Positions 12,300-25,065 of a DNA stretch of 64,000 bases are shown here, piece by piece (the first letter of the stretch is position 1; each line of letters starts with the position of its first letter). The notes under the pieces were generated by a model. The model did not search any database. It saw only the letters and a list, made by a program, of their open reading frames with translations, and was not told the origin of the DNA. The translations under genes were made by a program, and so were the position numbers. Where the stretch lies: NCBI GenBank assembly GCA_964187785.1, contig OZ076409.1, positions 80,538,001 to 80,602,000 on the forward strand. The letters are read 5' to 3'. The stretch is from Amphiscolops sp. MND2022. Lineage: Eukaryota.

Positions 12300-12500
12300 C
12301 GTTATAGAGTTTAGGAGATATGTATCCCATCATAGGGATGATTTGTCTGGAGTAGTTCAGCGTAGTGTTATTACTCTGGCTGCGTTCGAGGTCTTGTTGA
12401 AATTGGCATAGTTCTCTGAAGGTCTTATAGTTGATAATTGAAGAACTTTCCCCAATGTCTAATAGAAATTTGATTTCTAAGCCACTATCGTTTTGCGAGT
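12300..12500 (-). pseudogene. pol: Gypsy aspartic protease remnant
   Basis: LEIKFLLDIGESSSIIN; the catalytic DTG has decayed to DIG at 12451-12459. Confidence 0.7.
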
Positions 12501-12649
12501 CCCCGGCAGCAAAGTTGTAAAGATCCAGACTAAATTTTAGAGGGGCAGTGCTGCTGTTTCTGTTTTTGGAGGCCTTAGTGGTTTAAAGGGCGAACTTCGC
12601 CTACATAAATCACTGAGTAGTCGGTTTCGAGAAACTGCACTGTGTTAGA

Positions 12650-13870
12650 TCTTCCCATGTCATTTGTATCGGGGAACCGTTATTTTTATGTCTGGGTGGG
12701 TGTGTTTTCTTGGGAATCTCTGGTTACCAGAGCCGAATCTTGTACTTATAGGTCTGCGTTCTTGGTTAAAGTTTTTGGGTGGAGGCCAATCATATCGCTT
12801 CATTCCATGTAGGGTTTGACTGCATAGCTCCAGCCAGTGTGAGTTGGTGTGCCACAGCCATTTGTTTTTGAGTCTCAAAGTTAGGTAGTCTTGGGTGAAA
12901 TCCTGAGATATGTCCAGGTCCAGTTCCTTTGTTGCAATCGTTGGTGATTGGTATTCTTCTTTCTGGATTTACTTCGTTCTGAACCTTCTTGACTTCCTCG
13001 TCTCTCATCTTCTTTCTGCACCAGTTAGGCCTATGTCCGTTTTTTCTGCAGTAGTTGCAAAACCGGGTGTCCATCTTTCGTCCGGTAGCAGTTTGGTCAA
13101 CAGTTTACTCCATTGTGTTGATTTTGTTAGTCGTCTGTTCTTCAATTTGTAGTTTGATTCCTTTGATGTCGTCTCGCATTTCCTGCATCAGTGGGTCTGC
13201 GTGTGATTCTCCACCAGTGAGGGCGCTAGTTACTTCGTAGGACAGGTCCTTGTTTATTAAAGCTTGAGAGAATTGCTCCCAAGTTGCGTTCGGATGATCG
13301 AATATATATTCGTGTGCCTTTTCTCTTAGCTTTGGTGGTCAAAGCCCTCTTAGTGAGTAATCGATACATCTTTGACTTCTTTGTCGGTCCTGTGCTATTG
13401 TTTCTGCGTTTCGGTCGTTTTGTGCTACTTTAGCTAAGTCATTTGGCCATCCTTTCTCGACTACTATCATAATTCTGTGTAGAAAATTCTTTTATTTCTT
13501 CTCCATCCATCTCGTGTGGTGACATGTTCGGCTTCCATTCTCTGTCTGAATTTGTTTCTACCATCTGCAAATTTTGTGACGAACCGTTCTCTGATTTCTT
13601 CCCAAGTGTTACCATCCGTGATGCCTGTTTCGAACCACTCCGCTGCTGGTCTTCTTAGCAGTGTGGCGGGAGAAGATTTTCTCATGAAAGTGTAATCGTC
13701 AAGAGCTACACCGTTCGCTGGGGTATTGCCATGAGAGATTCAAAATTTTTTCTCTATCAGCAGAATGATATGCTCATGATCTTGATCTAGGTATGTTCCA
13801 GTGAATTGGTCTCTGCGGAACTCTGGTATGTTCCAGTGAGGTCTGGATAAGCCAAGTGATTTTGAGCAGT
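12650..13870 (-). pseudogene. gag: Gypsy gag, fragmented, with CX2CX4HX4C zinc knuckle
   Basis: LLRRPAAEWFETGITDGNTWEEIRERFVTKFADGRNKFRQRME (retrotransposon gag-like) and CNYCRKNGHRPNWC. Confidence 0.85.
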
Positions 13871-14889
13871 CATTGTGAGCTACTGAAATTATGAGAGGAA
13901 GAAAATGAAGAAAAGAGTAATAAATTAAAGATACGATGACGAACGATACTCCAGGTCTCAGGGAGTGATCACAAAGAACTAACGTAAAAACTTTGCTCTT
14001 GCACGAGTTCTGAAGATGATAAGTTTTAGGCAGGAGTGGCTTAGCATCTACTCCGTAGTATGCCCTTAACAGAAATAAAAATCGCACCCCTCAAACTAGA
14101 AGTACTATCCCCGGGTTAAAAACTTCATTCCCAAAAGTAAAGGTATACTTACAAGTCCCGCTATTGTAAAGATAGTTGTTGAAAAGGTAGTTCGGTATAC
14201 AAATCCTCCAAATTTACCAAAAAAAACTATGTAGAGTACAGTCAGCCCGGTAGGTAATTTATCCACAGGTTGAGCCTATCCGTAGCTTTTGGAAGAGAGA
14301 TTCAACAAACTAATAGAACGAATCACTCTCGTCCTTAGGATTAATTGCGCGGGGCCCAGATCACTATCATGCAAAAACACTCGGGGTATTTTCACTAGAA
14401 CTCTAGGATTCCACCCGGTATGCTACATATGTTCCAGGATACCCACTGGGCCCACGGCCTTCAATCAGTTCCGAGAAAACCTAGACGGGCTTTTACTTAA
14501 TGTGTGTCCGTCTGGACTCGAGTGAATTTCCCATTGCAGGTTTAAATACAGCGTTAATTCTCAGTTTCACTCTTGTTTAGGAGTGAATGTAATCTCCTAG
14601 CCCTTTCGTGGAAGTCAATTGTCTCTAACAATTGTTTTGGGGATGAGAGGACTAAGTTGAGTAGTGCATAAACTCTCCCGCAAGCTGTTAAGCTGAAGAG
14701 AATTTGTTGGAGTATAAACTAGTAGTTTTATGAATAATATAAAACAATGAAGCCAATTATTGCAGCAGTGGGAGAAAGGAGAATGTTAGAAATAATATCA
14801 TGAGTATTAGGTAGATAACCATAACTTCGGTAGTAGGGATTCTCAGTAACAGATTGCTCATTTACTTCCCTATAAAAAGAGAAAAAGTG

Positions 14890-14906
14890 CCTCACTGGGC
14901 GCACCA
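14890..14906 (-). promoter_or_regulatory. Candidate primer-binding site of element A (second copy at 24388-24404)
   Basis: The minus strand reads ...GCGACA-AAC-TGGTGCGCCCAGTGAGG: TGG 3 nt after a CA end. GTGAGG resembles the complement of the 3' T-stem strand (CCTCAC) of tRNA-Met(elongator) or tRNA-Ile(UAU). It lies about 1 kb upstream of gag. Confidence 0.55.
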
Positions 14907-15566
14907 GTTTGTCGCACGCATAGGGAAATTTGAATTTACTGATTTCTGGTTGTCTTTTATCAAGTGACTGTTTCGTTCCTGTTAGTATTATTCAACTCAG
15001 CTGCTTTTGCCTTTTGCAAAGTGATTCCAGGCGACCGTTCTATCATTGATTAGAAGTGAGGGAGAAAGTCTCAATAGGTTACTCTGAATAATAACAAAAA
15101 AAGTGCCTCGCTTGTACGTGCGAAAAAAAAAGGAAATTGCGTGAGTAAGTGCAAGGCAGTGTATATAAGTGAGCCGTTCGTATACAAAAAAGGCTTAAGA
15201 ACCAAATATGTGGAATAATTACAAAACTGATTTTGGGACAAACAGTTTTTTCTAGACGAAGCAGTAACTATTCTATTCTATTCGTCTACAATTCGGTCTT
15301 ACTCTGAATTTCTACAGAAATCACAAGCAAAGTATACTTGAATTTAAATTTTGTTGGAGGATTTACAAAAGATAATCTTTCATGAAACTTTCCATTTTCG
15401 TTCGGAAACGAAATTTACAGACATTAACTTACAAGCTGTATTAACATAAATAGCGCACTCTAGTGCCGTCATTCAGCCAGACTTGAAGGGTTTTTTCGAC
15501 TTTAATTTGATTGATTCTAGAAAATAAAATGTAACGTCAGTCTGTTACCCCTTTTCTAGTATGAGA

Positions 15567-16630
15567 GAATTATTTCTAAGGTAAAATTTAAGCCACCGCA
15601 GACTGCAATCAGCGGAAATGATCTCAAGGAGAATTTTAACAACTGCAGAATAGTATCAGCGGAATTTCTCTAAGGTAGAATTTAAAACAAAAGCAGAGTG
15701 GAATCAGCGGAATTTTTTATAAAAATTAGAATTTAAACAACCGCAGAATGAAATCAGCGGAATTATTCTGAGATTGAATTCAAACAACCGCAAAATAGAA
15801 CCAGCGGAATTTGTTCTAAGTTAAAATTTAGACAAACGCAGAATAAAATCAGCGGAAATATTCTAAGATAAAGTTTAAAACAGATTGGAATCAGCGGAAT
15901 TATTCGATGTTGAAATTTAAACAACCGCAGAATGAAATCAACGGAATAATACTAAGATAGAATTTGAACAACGGCAGAGTGAAATCAGCAGAATGTTTCT
16001 GAATTAGAATTTTAACAGCCGCAGAGTGAAATCAGCAGAATTATTCTCAGCTAAATTTCAGACAAACGCAGAATGAAATCAGCGGAAGTACACTAAAAAA
16101 GACTTTTAACAAATGCAGAATGAAATCTGCGGAAAAATTCTAAGTTAGAAATTAAAACAACCGCGGAGTTGAAACAGCCGAATTATTGTAATAGAACTTA
16201 ATCAACCGCAGAACAAAATCAGCGGAATTAATTTCAGTTGAAATTAAGACAAACGCAGAATGATATCAGCGAAATTTTTCTAAGATAGAATTTTAACAAC
16301 CGCAGAACGATATCAGCGGAATTATTCTGGGACAGAATTTAAAACAACCTTAGAGCGGAATCAGCGGAATTATTTTGAGTTAAAAACAGACAACTGCAGA
16401 ATGTAATCAGCGTAATGATTCTAAGATATAATTTAAACAACCGCAGAGTAGAATCAGTGGAATTATTCTAAGTTGAGGCTCAGAAAACCGCAGAATGAAA
16501 TCATCGAATTCATTCTACGATAAAATTTAAAACGAACGCAGAGTGGAATCAGCGGAAATTATTTTAAGTTAGAACTTAGGATAACCGCGGAGCGAAATCT
16601 GCGGAAAAAATTCGAAGTTAGAATTAAATA
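15567..16630. repeat. 47-bp satellite, about 22 diverged units, consensus GGAATTATTCTAAGATAGAATTTAAACAACCGCAGAATGAAATCAGC
   Basis: The ATCAGCGG core recurs at 15608, 15655, 15703, 15753, 15800, 15848, 15890, 15937, 15984, 16031 ... 16596, with spacing mostly 47-48 bp. Confidence 0.95.
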
Positions 16631-16966
16631 GAAAGGGGGAGGATGAAATATCTCCACTGAGAACAATCTAAGAAATTTTCGACTTAGCAAACCGAGACAG
16701 AGAAGTTTTGAATAAACTTTGCTGAGATAGAAAAATTTGTTGAGGGAATTAGGAATTTGAAAAGATAAAATTTGCTTGAGAGAGAGGAAAAAGAAGTGAT
16801 TTGAGAGCAAGAGAAGTTTGGCTAAGATAAGAGCCAAAAAGGGAAAAGAAGAGAGAGGGAGATAGACGTTTTAAGTCTAGAATAAACTCAAGCAAAGAAA
16901 AGCGAAGGGAAGTCAGAGGAAGGGGAAAAAGAGTGAAGAGAGAAAAGATAGTAAGAGTATGGGAGG
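16630..16966 (+). repeat. Purine-rich (A/G) low-complexity tract; continues to about 26490 in unit 2
   Basis: GAGAGAGAGGAAAAAGAAG...AAAGGGAAAAGAAGAGAGAGGGAG...GAGGAAGGGGAAAAAGAGTGAAGAGAGAAAAG; strongly strand-biased. Confidence 0.85.
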
Positions 16967-19900
16967 AATTGATGCCAGAGTCCGTGCTCTGTGAAGTTCT
17001 TACTCGTTTACGGCGGAGCGTCTGGCTTTGTCGGTTTTGAACTGGTATTTTGCAGTGATCCCCGTGGTTTTGTGGTTCGGAAACATTAGGCTTTTCGATT
17101 CTATTTTTGACCAGTTTATTATAAAAGAGTGTGTCTCCACGGTGAGGGGTTGTGTACTCTTCGATAAGAGGCAAAGTGTTTCCTCTTTGGAGAAAAACTC
17201 TATTAAATGATTTCTTTGGACTGTTCGAAAGTTGTTGTGATTTTAGTCGTTCTTTAATCGGTAGGTTGTGTTGGTAATTCGTTTTGGAACTGTAAAATGT
17301 CCCAGGCGCAAATGTTGTAGTTTCTGATTTATGGAGCGATCCCCTTGGTTGTTTTCTAGCAGACTTTTTTTCCGACGTTGAGAGGACTTCCGAGTTTGAC
17401 ACTGTTTCTCTAGGCGTGTGATCGAGCAGATTTTTTCTGATCTGCTTTTTTCGTATGTGGATGTGTAGACCTTCTTGAAGGCTGTTTTTATTTCCAGCAA
17501 GCTTTGTGATAGTTGTGGTCGTAATATGCCGTTCAGTAGTTGGTGTTTGACTTGGTTCTCGCTATGGCATTGGGGAGCTGTTCCTTTACAAAATAGCTTC
17601 AGACTCATAAGTATCTGTGATTTGTTGCAGTAGACAATTTGGTATGGAGTCTTTTCCGTTGTGTAGTTGACACTAGTACTATGGGCAAAAACAAATTTAG
17701 CTGTGAAGGGAGCGCAGTTGTTGCCAGACTTGTTTAGGAAGGTTCTCCAGTATCGTGCAATATGTTGATTTTGGGTTTCTATCTTGTCGTTTGTCCTAGG
17801 CGAGTTTGCCGTTCTTGGTCTGAGGGCAATGCCGAAAATTTTAGTCCAATTAACGAACTCGTGTGTGTTCACGAAGGCTGTTCCTCTCTCGTGTATGATG
17901 GATTGTGGGATACCATAGTGCATGATCTCTTTTAACATCCCGTGGATTGTAGATTGGGCTCCGGTGTCTGTAACTGGGTATGCAATCAAGTTGCGTGAAA
18001 AGGCGTCAATGATTAGAAGGCAATGCGAGTATCCATGACTAGGTGGATTGAGTAGTCCCTTGTTATGAAAGTGAACGGTCCTGAATAATTGAGTTTCTGT
18101 CTCGCAGTTTTCAAGCGGAACTTCGTTGTTCCGGCGTTGCTTGGACTTGATTGATTGGTAACTAACGCAATCTTGTGCGAGGGCGCAAATCCAGTCATGC
18201 ATCCCTGCCAGTAGTAAAATCGTTTTGCGTTTAGAAAAGTTCTCTCTGCACCTATGTGGCCTTCGAGGTCACTGTTATGTCCCATTTTGAAACAAGCTAG
18301 AATTAGTGAGAGAGGTAAGCAGACTCTCATATTTGTTTCTGCCGGATCGTCCGCTGGCTCATTATTACAAAGAAGATTTTGGTGTTCTTTTATAGTTAGT
18401 CTGTCGAACTCTTAAAGGAACGCATGAGGCCTTCGAGTGTTGTAACTATGGTGAGTTTGGTATAGGCTTGTTTCCCTTTTTATCTGAAATTGAACCACAC
18501 TGAGCACTTGGTCATTTATTTGTTTCTGTAAAATCGTTGTAACATTGAGTTCTAGTTCTTTAGATATTTTATTGAGTTGGCAAACAAGTTCTAGTGCTGA
18601 AGTTTTGTGCTTTTCTGTAATGATTTTATGGAGATCGAGATTTTCTATCTTCTATTGCTTTATCTTTTTCAGAGGTACGTTGGTTAGGTTCTGCGAAGTC
18701 TTCTGTAATCAGCTCATAGTTGGTTTCGTTCACATCTTGACGTTCATCTTCTTTGAGAGCTTCTTCGTCCGCGTCGCTGCTGATAGAGCTGTAAGTATTT
18801 TCTGATAAATCTGAAGTGCTATACCGTGTGCCGTATCCGGCTCTCAATTCTTCGTACTTTCGTAGTTGCTTTCCAGCATCGAATAATTTTTGTGCAGATT
18901 CTAATTTTGGCAGATTAGGTTCCTCGTAAACATTGTTGACCGTGAAGTTATTTTCATCTTTGTGGAGATGAGGTAATTTCCGTTTTTAACCTTTCTCGTA
19001 CAAGATTGAGTAGAAGTTGTTCCTTGGGTGTCTCGTCGTTTTCTTTATGTTTTATTCTGTAAAGTACTGAGGTACTATGTTCGTCGAACAAGTGTATGTA
19101 GTGAGGTAGGATTTTGAGGCTGAGTTGTTGCTTTTTATGTTCTTCGATGGAGACATTGCGGCTGAGTTTTTTCAGGAAAAACAGCGTTGCTACGAGGGTC
19201 CATCTAATTTTCAGATTTGGGAATTTGGATATGATTACTTAGTACCTGAAGAAACGTGGCGAATCCTTTCCTTTTGCCCCCAGAGACATAAAGGATTGGC
19301 TTGTGGTCACAGTATAAGTAAATTGGGAAGCGAGATCCGATGGTGTAGTGTTCGTACGTTTGAAGTGCGGAAACTATGCCACGTAGTTCTCTGTGTAGTG
19401 TGGACACCTTTTGTTCTTCTTATACAAAAACTCTTGAATTAAAGGAAATGATCCGCTTCCCTTGTGGAAATTGCTGTAACAGGATACATCCGGCTCCTGC
19501 GTTAGACGAATCGGCGTGTATGTGGAAGAGGAACTTTGTTGAGGGTACCGTAAGGACTGTGTCTTCGCCGATTCTCTTCTTTGTTTCTTAGAAGAGGGCT
19601 TCGTGTTCTTGGTTCCAACAAAAATTTGTGTCCTCCTTGGTGAGTTCGTAAAATGGTCTGCTATTGACATGGAGATTCTTGATGTAGCAGTTGTAAAATC
19701 CCAGAGCCCCAAGGAAACTTTTCACCTCAGTTTTTGGTTTTGGCGATTTTAGGTTATGTAGGTGTCTGACTCGTTTAGCTACAGGTTGCATTCCTTCTGC
19801 TGCTATCACGTGCCCAGGAACTTTACTTTCCGAAAGAAAAAGTGAGTTTTGTCGGGTGTGGCCTTTGATCCGGCTTTTCGCAGTAAGTTATGATAATTTT

Positions 19901-22900
19901 GGGCTACCGTGAACGTTTATTGTTTGGTTTTGGCTTACAACAACGTGTCGTCAGTGTAGGTAATCGCTTGTTTCTTCTTGATTAGGGGTTCGAAGTGAAT
20001 AGTCATCATACGGCTGGAAAAACTTGGCAGTTTTTTCAATCCAAAGAATCCTTCTGTAAATGTATTCTGTTTCCCTCGTACAATGAAGATGGTGAGTTTC
20101 CGAGTAGGCTCGTTTCATGGGACTTCATGGAAGGCGCTAGAGAGATCACTTATTGAGAAGATTTTCCAGTTGATGAGTGTCGTTATGGTTTGTATTGGAT
20201 CCAAAGGCCAGAAGTAGTCCGTCAGGTCTATTACTGAATTTAGATATCTTGCGTCTATGATCAGCTTAACATAGTCGTGGCTTGGTTGTAGGATAATGGA
20301 ATTTACGAATAGTGATCCCATTTCGTCACAATCGCCCATTTCCCAGAGTATGTCTGCATTTTTAAGCTGTGTAGGTAATTTTTCTAGCTTTTATCGTTGT
20401 TGTAGAGGTACTTTGCTGGTCTTTGTCTTTCTAGAATTGCTCCAGGTTCCAGGTGAAAGTTGAATCTATGCCTAGTTCTCCCAACGTCGAATTTGTGTTG
20501 AGAGTATACATCTCTTGCACCCATTAGTAGGTCTATTAAGAGAACAAGTTCATCGTCAGTAAGGTCAGAGTAGCAAAAATCGAATTCTTTGATGTATCAC
20601 ACTAAGTCTTTGTTCTGGTATTGTAGGTAGGACTCGATCAGTCGTTCGTTGTCTCCTTTAGGCCTGAAGTTTTCTAATGCTCGTCGCAAGGTGGTTGACA
20701 GGACTTTGCGTCTCTTGTGAAATCTGTCTCCAGTTCTCCGTGTTTGGGAGTGATCTCCTAGGAAAATTGTTGTGTCTCATTTTCTAGTGCATTTTCGGGG
20801 TCTCTTCTCGTAGTCATAGCATTTACATCTAGTTCATTCCTTGTGTTTGTTTGTAGTTGTATTTCTGAGTAGGCAAATACGTCCTGGATGAGTTGAGTTC
20901 CATTGGAAGTCTTCTAGCTCGGAGGCTTCATGTAACATGGATATCGTCCTGAAACCGTTCATTTTGGCGTGCGCTTTCAGCGTTTCCAGAGGTTAAACTG
21001 GTATTTGTGGGTCAGTTTCGTCTTTGGATTTAGCCAGTAGGGTATGGCCTCTCCTTTATGTGGTTTATATTTGGAGCAATTGTACTTTAGTAGGGGTACG
21101 TTTCTAAGAATTTCTTTAGAAAAGCCTTTTGCTGGTTTTAAATCCGCAGGGACAAAGATGATGATAGGGTCTGGTCTGCTGAGGGTTTTAGTTGAGTTTT
21201 CTCCTTCGATTCTAAGGCAATCGTTCATATCTTGAAAAGGGATCGTAGACTGTAGTAGAAAACAGATGTTGTATTCCTCGCTTTCGTTGAGGATGGCGTG
21301 TGCGAGCTCTGTCGGTTTTCTAATTTGATATTTTGGGATTTCTATGGCTAGGACGTCTATCGTTGAGTAACCAATTGAACCTTTTACTAGGGTGATTGTA
21401 TGGTTTTTCTTGTTTTCCTTTAGAATTGGCAAAGTCTCTTCAAATCTTGTGCAGAGATCTTTTATAAAATTGAGTCCTGTAGAAACTGCTTCAGTTGGGT
21501 AGAAACGTAGATCCGGGAGGAAAGGAATTCTTAGCGTTTTCAGGAGCACATTTATAGCATCTTGTTGGCTTCAGTTCGATGTACATGGAGTGAAAGGTTA
21601 AAATTTGGAGTGTTAAAAACTGGAAATACAAATGGATAAAAATTGTTTAATTGACAACTAGTGTAGCAGAAAGTATTTAGAGGTCTCTTGAGCTCTCTAC
21701 CGGGAAAGTCGAAGTGTTTTTTGTGGATCTGTTCTTCGCAGAAATTCATTCCAAGTAAGTTTTGTGTTTTGAGGTAAGTTATGTTGACCATCCTAGTCGT
21801 TATAGAGTTTAGGAGATATGTATCCCATCATAGGGATGATTTGTCTGGAGTAGTTCAGCGTAGTGTTATTACTCTGGCTGCGTTCGAGGTCTTGTTGAAA
21901 TTGGCATAGTTCTCTGAAGGTCTTATAGTTGATAATTGAAGAACTTTCCCCAATGTCTAATAGAAATTTGATTTCTAAGCCACTATCGTTTTGCGAGTCC
22001 CCGGCAGCAAAGTTGTAAAGATCCAGACTAAATTTTAGAGGGGCAGTGCTGCTGTTTCTGTTTTTGGAGGCCTTAGTGGTTTAAAGGGCGAACTTCGCCT
22101 ACATAAATCACTGAGTAGTCGGTTTCGAGAAACTGCACTGTGTTAGATCTTCCCATGTCATTTGTATCGGGGAACCGTTATTTTTATGTCTGGGTGGGTG
22201 TGTTTTCTTGGGAATCTCTGGTTACCAGAGCCGAATCTTGTACTTATAGGTCTGCGTTCTTGGTTAAAGTTTTTGGGTGGAGGCCAATCATATCGCTTCA
22301 TTCCATGTAGGGTTTGACTGCATAGCTCCAGCCAGTGTGAGTTGGTGTGCCACAGCCATTTGTTTTTGAGTCTCAAAGTTAGGTAGTCTTGGGTGAAATC
22401 CTGAGATATGTCCAGGTCCAGTTCCTTTGTTGCAATCGTTGGTGATTGGTATTCTTCTTTCTGGATTTACTTCGTTCTGAACCTTCTTGACTTCCTCGTC
22501 TCTCATCTTCTTTCTGCACCAGTTAGGCCTATGTCCGTTTTTTCTGCAGTAGTTGCAAAACCGGGTGTCCATCTTTCGTCCGGTAGCAGTTTGGTCAACA
22601 GTTTACTCCATTGTGTTGATTTTGTTAGTCGTCTGTTCTTCAATTTGTAGTTTGATTCCTTTGATGTCGTCTCGCATTTCCTGCATCAGTGGGTCTGCGT
22701 GTGATTCTCCACCAGTGAGGGCGCTAGTTACTTCGTAGGACAGGTCCTTGTTTATTAAAGCTTGAGAGAATTGCTCCCAAGTTGCGTTCGGATGATCGAA
22801 TATATATTCGTGTGCTTTTTCTCTTAGCTTTGGTGGTCAAAGCCCTCTTAGTGAGTAATCGATACATCTTTGACTTCTTTGTCGGTCCTGTGCTATTGTT

Positions 22901-24790
22901 TCTGCGTTTCGGTCGTTTTGTGCTACTTTAGCTAAGTCATTTGGCCATCCTTTCTCGACTACTATCATAATTCTGTGTAGAAAATTCTTTTATTTCTTCT
23001 CCATCCATCTCGTGTGGTGACATGTTCGGCTTCCATTCTCTGTCTGAATTTGTTTCTACCATCTGCAAATTTTGTGACGAACCGTTCTCTGATTTCTTCC
23101 CAAGTGTTACCATCCGTGATGCCTGTTTCGAACCACTCCGCTGCTGGTCTTCTTAGCAGTGTGGCGGGAGAAGATTTTCTCATGAAAGTGTAATCGTCAA
23201 GAGCTACACCGTTCGCTGGGGTATTGCCATGAGAGATTCAAAATTTTTTCTCTATCAGCAGAATGATATGCTCATGATCTTGATCTAGGTATGTTCCAGT
23301 GAATTGGTCTCTGCGGAACTCTGGTATGTTCCAGTGAGGTCTGGATTAGCCAAGTGATTTTGAGCAGTCATTGTGAGCTACTGAAATTATGAGAGGAAGA
23401 AAATGAAGAAAAGAGTAATAAATTAAAGATACGATGACGAACGATACTCCAGGTCTCAGGGAGTGATCACAAAGAACTAACGTAAAAACTTTGCTCTTGC
23501 ACGAGTTCTGAAGATGATAAGTTTTAGGCAGGAGTGGCTTAGCATCTACTCCGTAGTATGCCCTTAACAGAAATAAAAATCGCACCCCTCAAACTAGAAG
23601 TACTATCCCCGGGTTAAAAACTTCATTCCCAAAAGTAAAGGTATACTTACAAGTCCCGCTATTGTAAAGATAGTTGTTGAAAAGGTAGTTCGGTATACAA
23701 ATCCTCCAAATTTACCAAAAAAAACTATGTAGAGTACAGTCAGCCCGGTAGGTAATTTATCCACAGGTTGAGCCTATCCGTAGCTTTTGGAAGAGAGATT
23801 CAACAAACTAATAGAACGAATCACTCTCGTCCTTAGGATTAATTGCGCGGGGCCCAGATCACTATCATGCAAAAACACTCGGGGTATTTTCACTAGAACT
23901 CTAGGATTCCACCCGGTATGCTACATATGTTCCAGGATACCCACTGGGCCCACGGCCTTCAATCAGTTCCGAGAAAACCTAGACGGGCTTTTACTTAATG
24001 TGTGTCCGTCTGGACTCGAGTGAATTTCCCATTGCAGGTTTAAATACAGCGTTAATTCTCAGTTTCACTCTTGTTTAGGAGTGAATGTAATCTCCTAGCC
24101 CTTTCGTGGAAGTCAATTGTCTCTAACAATTGTTTTGGGGATGAGAGGACTAAGTTGAGTAGTGCATAAACTCTCCCGCAAGCTGTTAAGCTGAAGAGAA
24201 TTTGTTGGAGTATAAACTAGTAGTTTTATGAATAATATAAAACAATGAAGCCAATTATTGCAGCAGTGGGAGAAAGGAGAATGTTAGAAATAATATCATG
24301 AGTATTAGGTAGATAACCATAACTTCGGTAGTAGGGATTCTCAGTAACAGATTGCTCATTTACTTCCCTATAAAAAGAGAAAAAGTGCCTCACTGGGCGC
24401 ACCAGTTTGTCGCACGCATAGGGAAATTTGAATTTACTGATTTCTGGTTGTCTTTTATCAAGTGACTGTTTCGTTCCTGTTAGTATTATTCAACTCAGCT
24501 GCTTTTGCCTTTTGCAAAGTGATTCCAGGCGACCGTTCTATCATTGATTAGAAGTGAGGGAGAAAGTCTCAATAGGTTACTCTGAATAATAACAAAAAAA
24601 GTGCCTCGCTTGTACGTGCGAAAAAAAAAGGAAATTGCGTGAGTAAGTGCAAGGCAGTGTATATAAGTGAGCCGTTCGTATACAAAAAAGGCTTAAGAAC
24701 CAAATATGTGGAATAATTACAAAACTGATTTTGGGACAAACAGTTTTTTCTAGACGAAGCAGTAACTATTCTATTCTATTCGTCTACAAT
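16967..24790 (-). mobile_element. Duplicated partial copy of Gypsy element A (IN 17243-18330, RT/RH about 19150-20400, macrodomain 20851-21174, PR about 21950, gag about 22150-23370); lacks accessory region and env
   Basis: Same ORF fragments and same inactivating lesions as 7468-15290, at offset 9498. Confidence 0.92.
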
Positions 24791-25065
24791 TCGGTCTTAC
24801 TCTGAATTTCTACAGAAATCACAAGCAAAGTATACTTGAATTTAAATTTTGTTGGAGGATTTACAAAAGATAATCTTTCATGAAACTTTCCATTTTCGTT
24901 CGGAAACGAAATTTACAGACATTAACTTACAAGCTGTATTAACATAAATAGCGCACTCTAGTGCCGTCATTCAGCCAGACTTGAAGGGTTTTTTTCGACT
25001 TTAATTTGATTGATTCTAGAAAACAAAATGTAACGTCAGTCTGTTACCCCTTTTCTAGTATGAGA

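Larger units (their letters stand above)
3942..15290 (-). mobile_element. Ty3/Gypsy (Metaviridae-like) LTR retroelement A, env-bearing, decayed; 3' end truncated
   Basis: Minus-strand order gag (CCHC) - PR - RT - RNase H - IN - accessory region - env-like is the Gypsy order. A PBS-like site lies at 14890-14906. Many stops and frameshifts. The right boundary is approximate. Confidence 0.85.
7468..16966. repeat. Segmental tandem duplication, unit 1 (9,498-9,499 bp)
   Basis: The ORF track repeats with offset 9498 (7745/17243, 11479/20977, 14289/23787) and 9499 after a 1-nt indel (16559/26058). The junction TGGGAGG|AATTGATGCC is at 16966/16967. At least 10 differences between units were seen by eye. 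Confidence 0.97.

Noticed and set aside
15530-15550. TGTAACG as the start of a plus-strand LTR containing the satellite
   Set aside because: It is part of a local GTAAC...GTTAC palindrome; I found no matching CGTTACA end, PBS or second independent copy.
15567-16630. CRISPR array
   Set aside because: The whole 47-bp unit is repeated with diffuse divergence. There are no unique spacers and no cas genes, and the context is eukaryotic TE sequence.
16749-17402. 217-aa ORF as a distinct gene
   Set aside because: It is a chimera across the duplication junction: integrase-tail sequence fused to the reverse complement of the purine tract.
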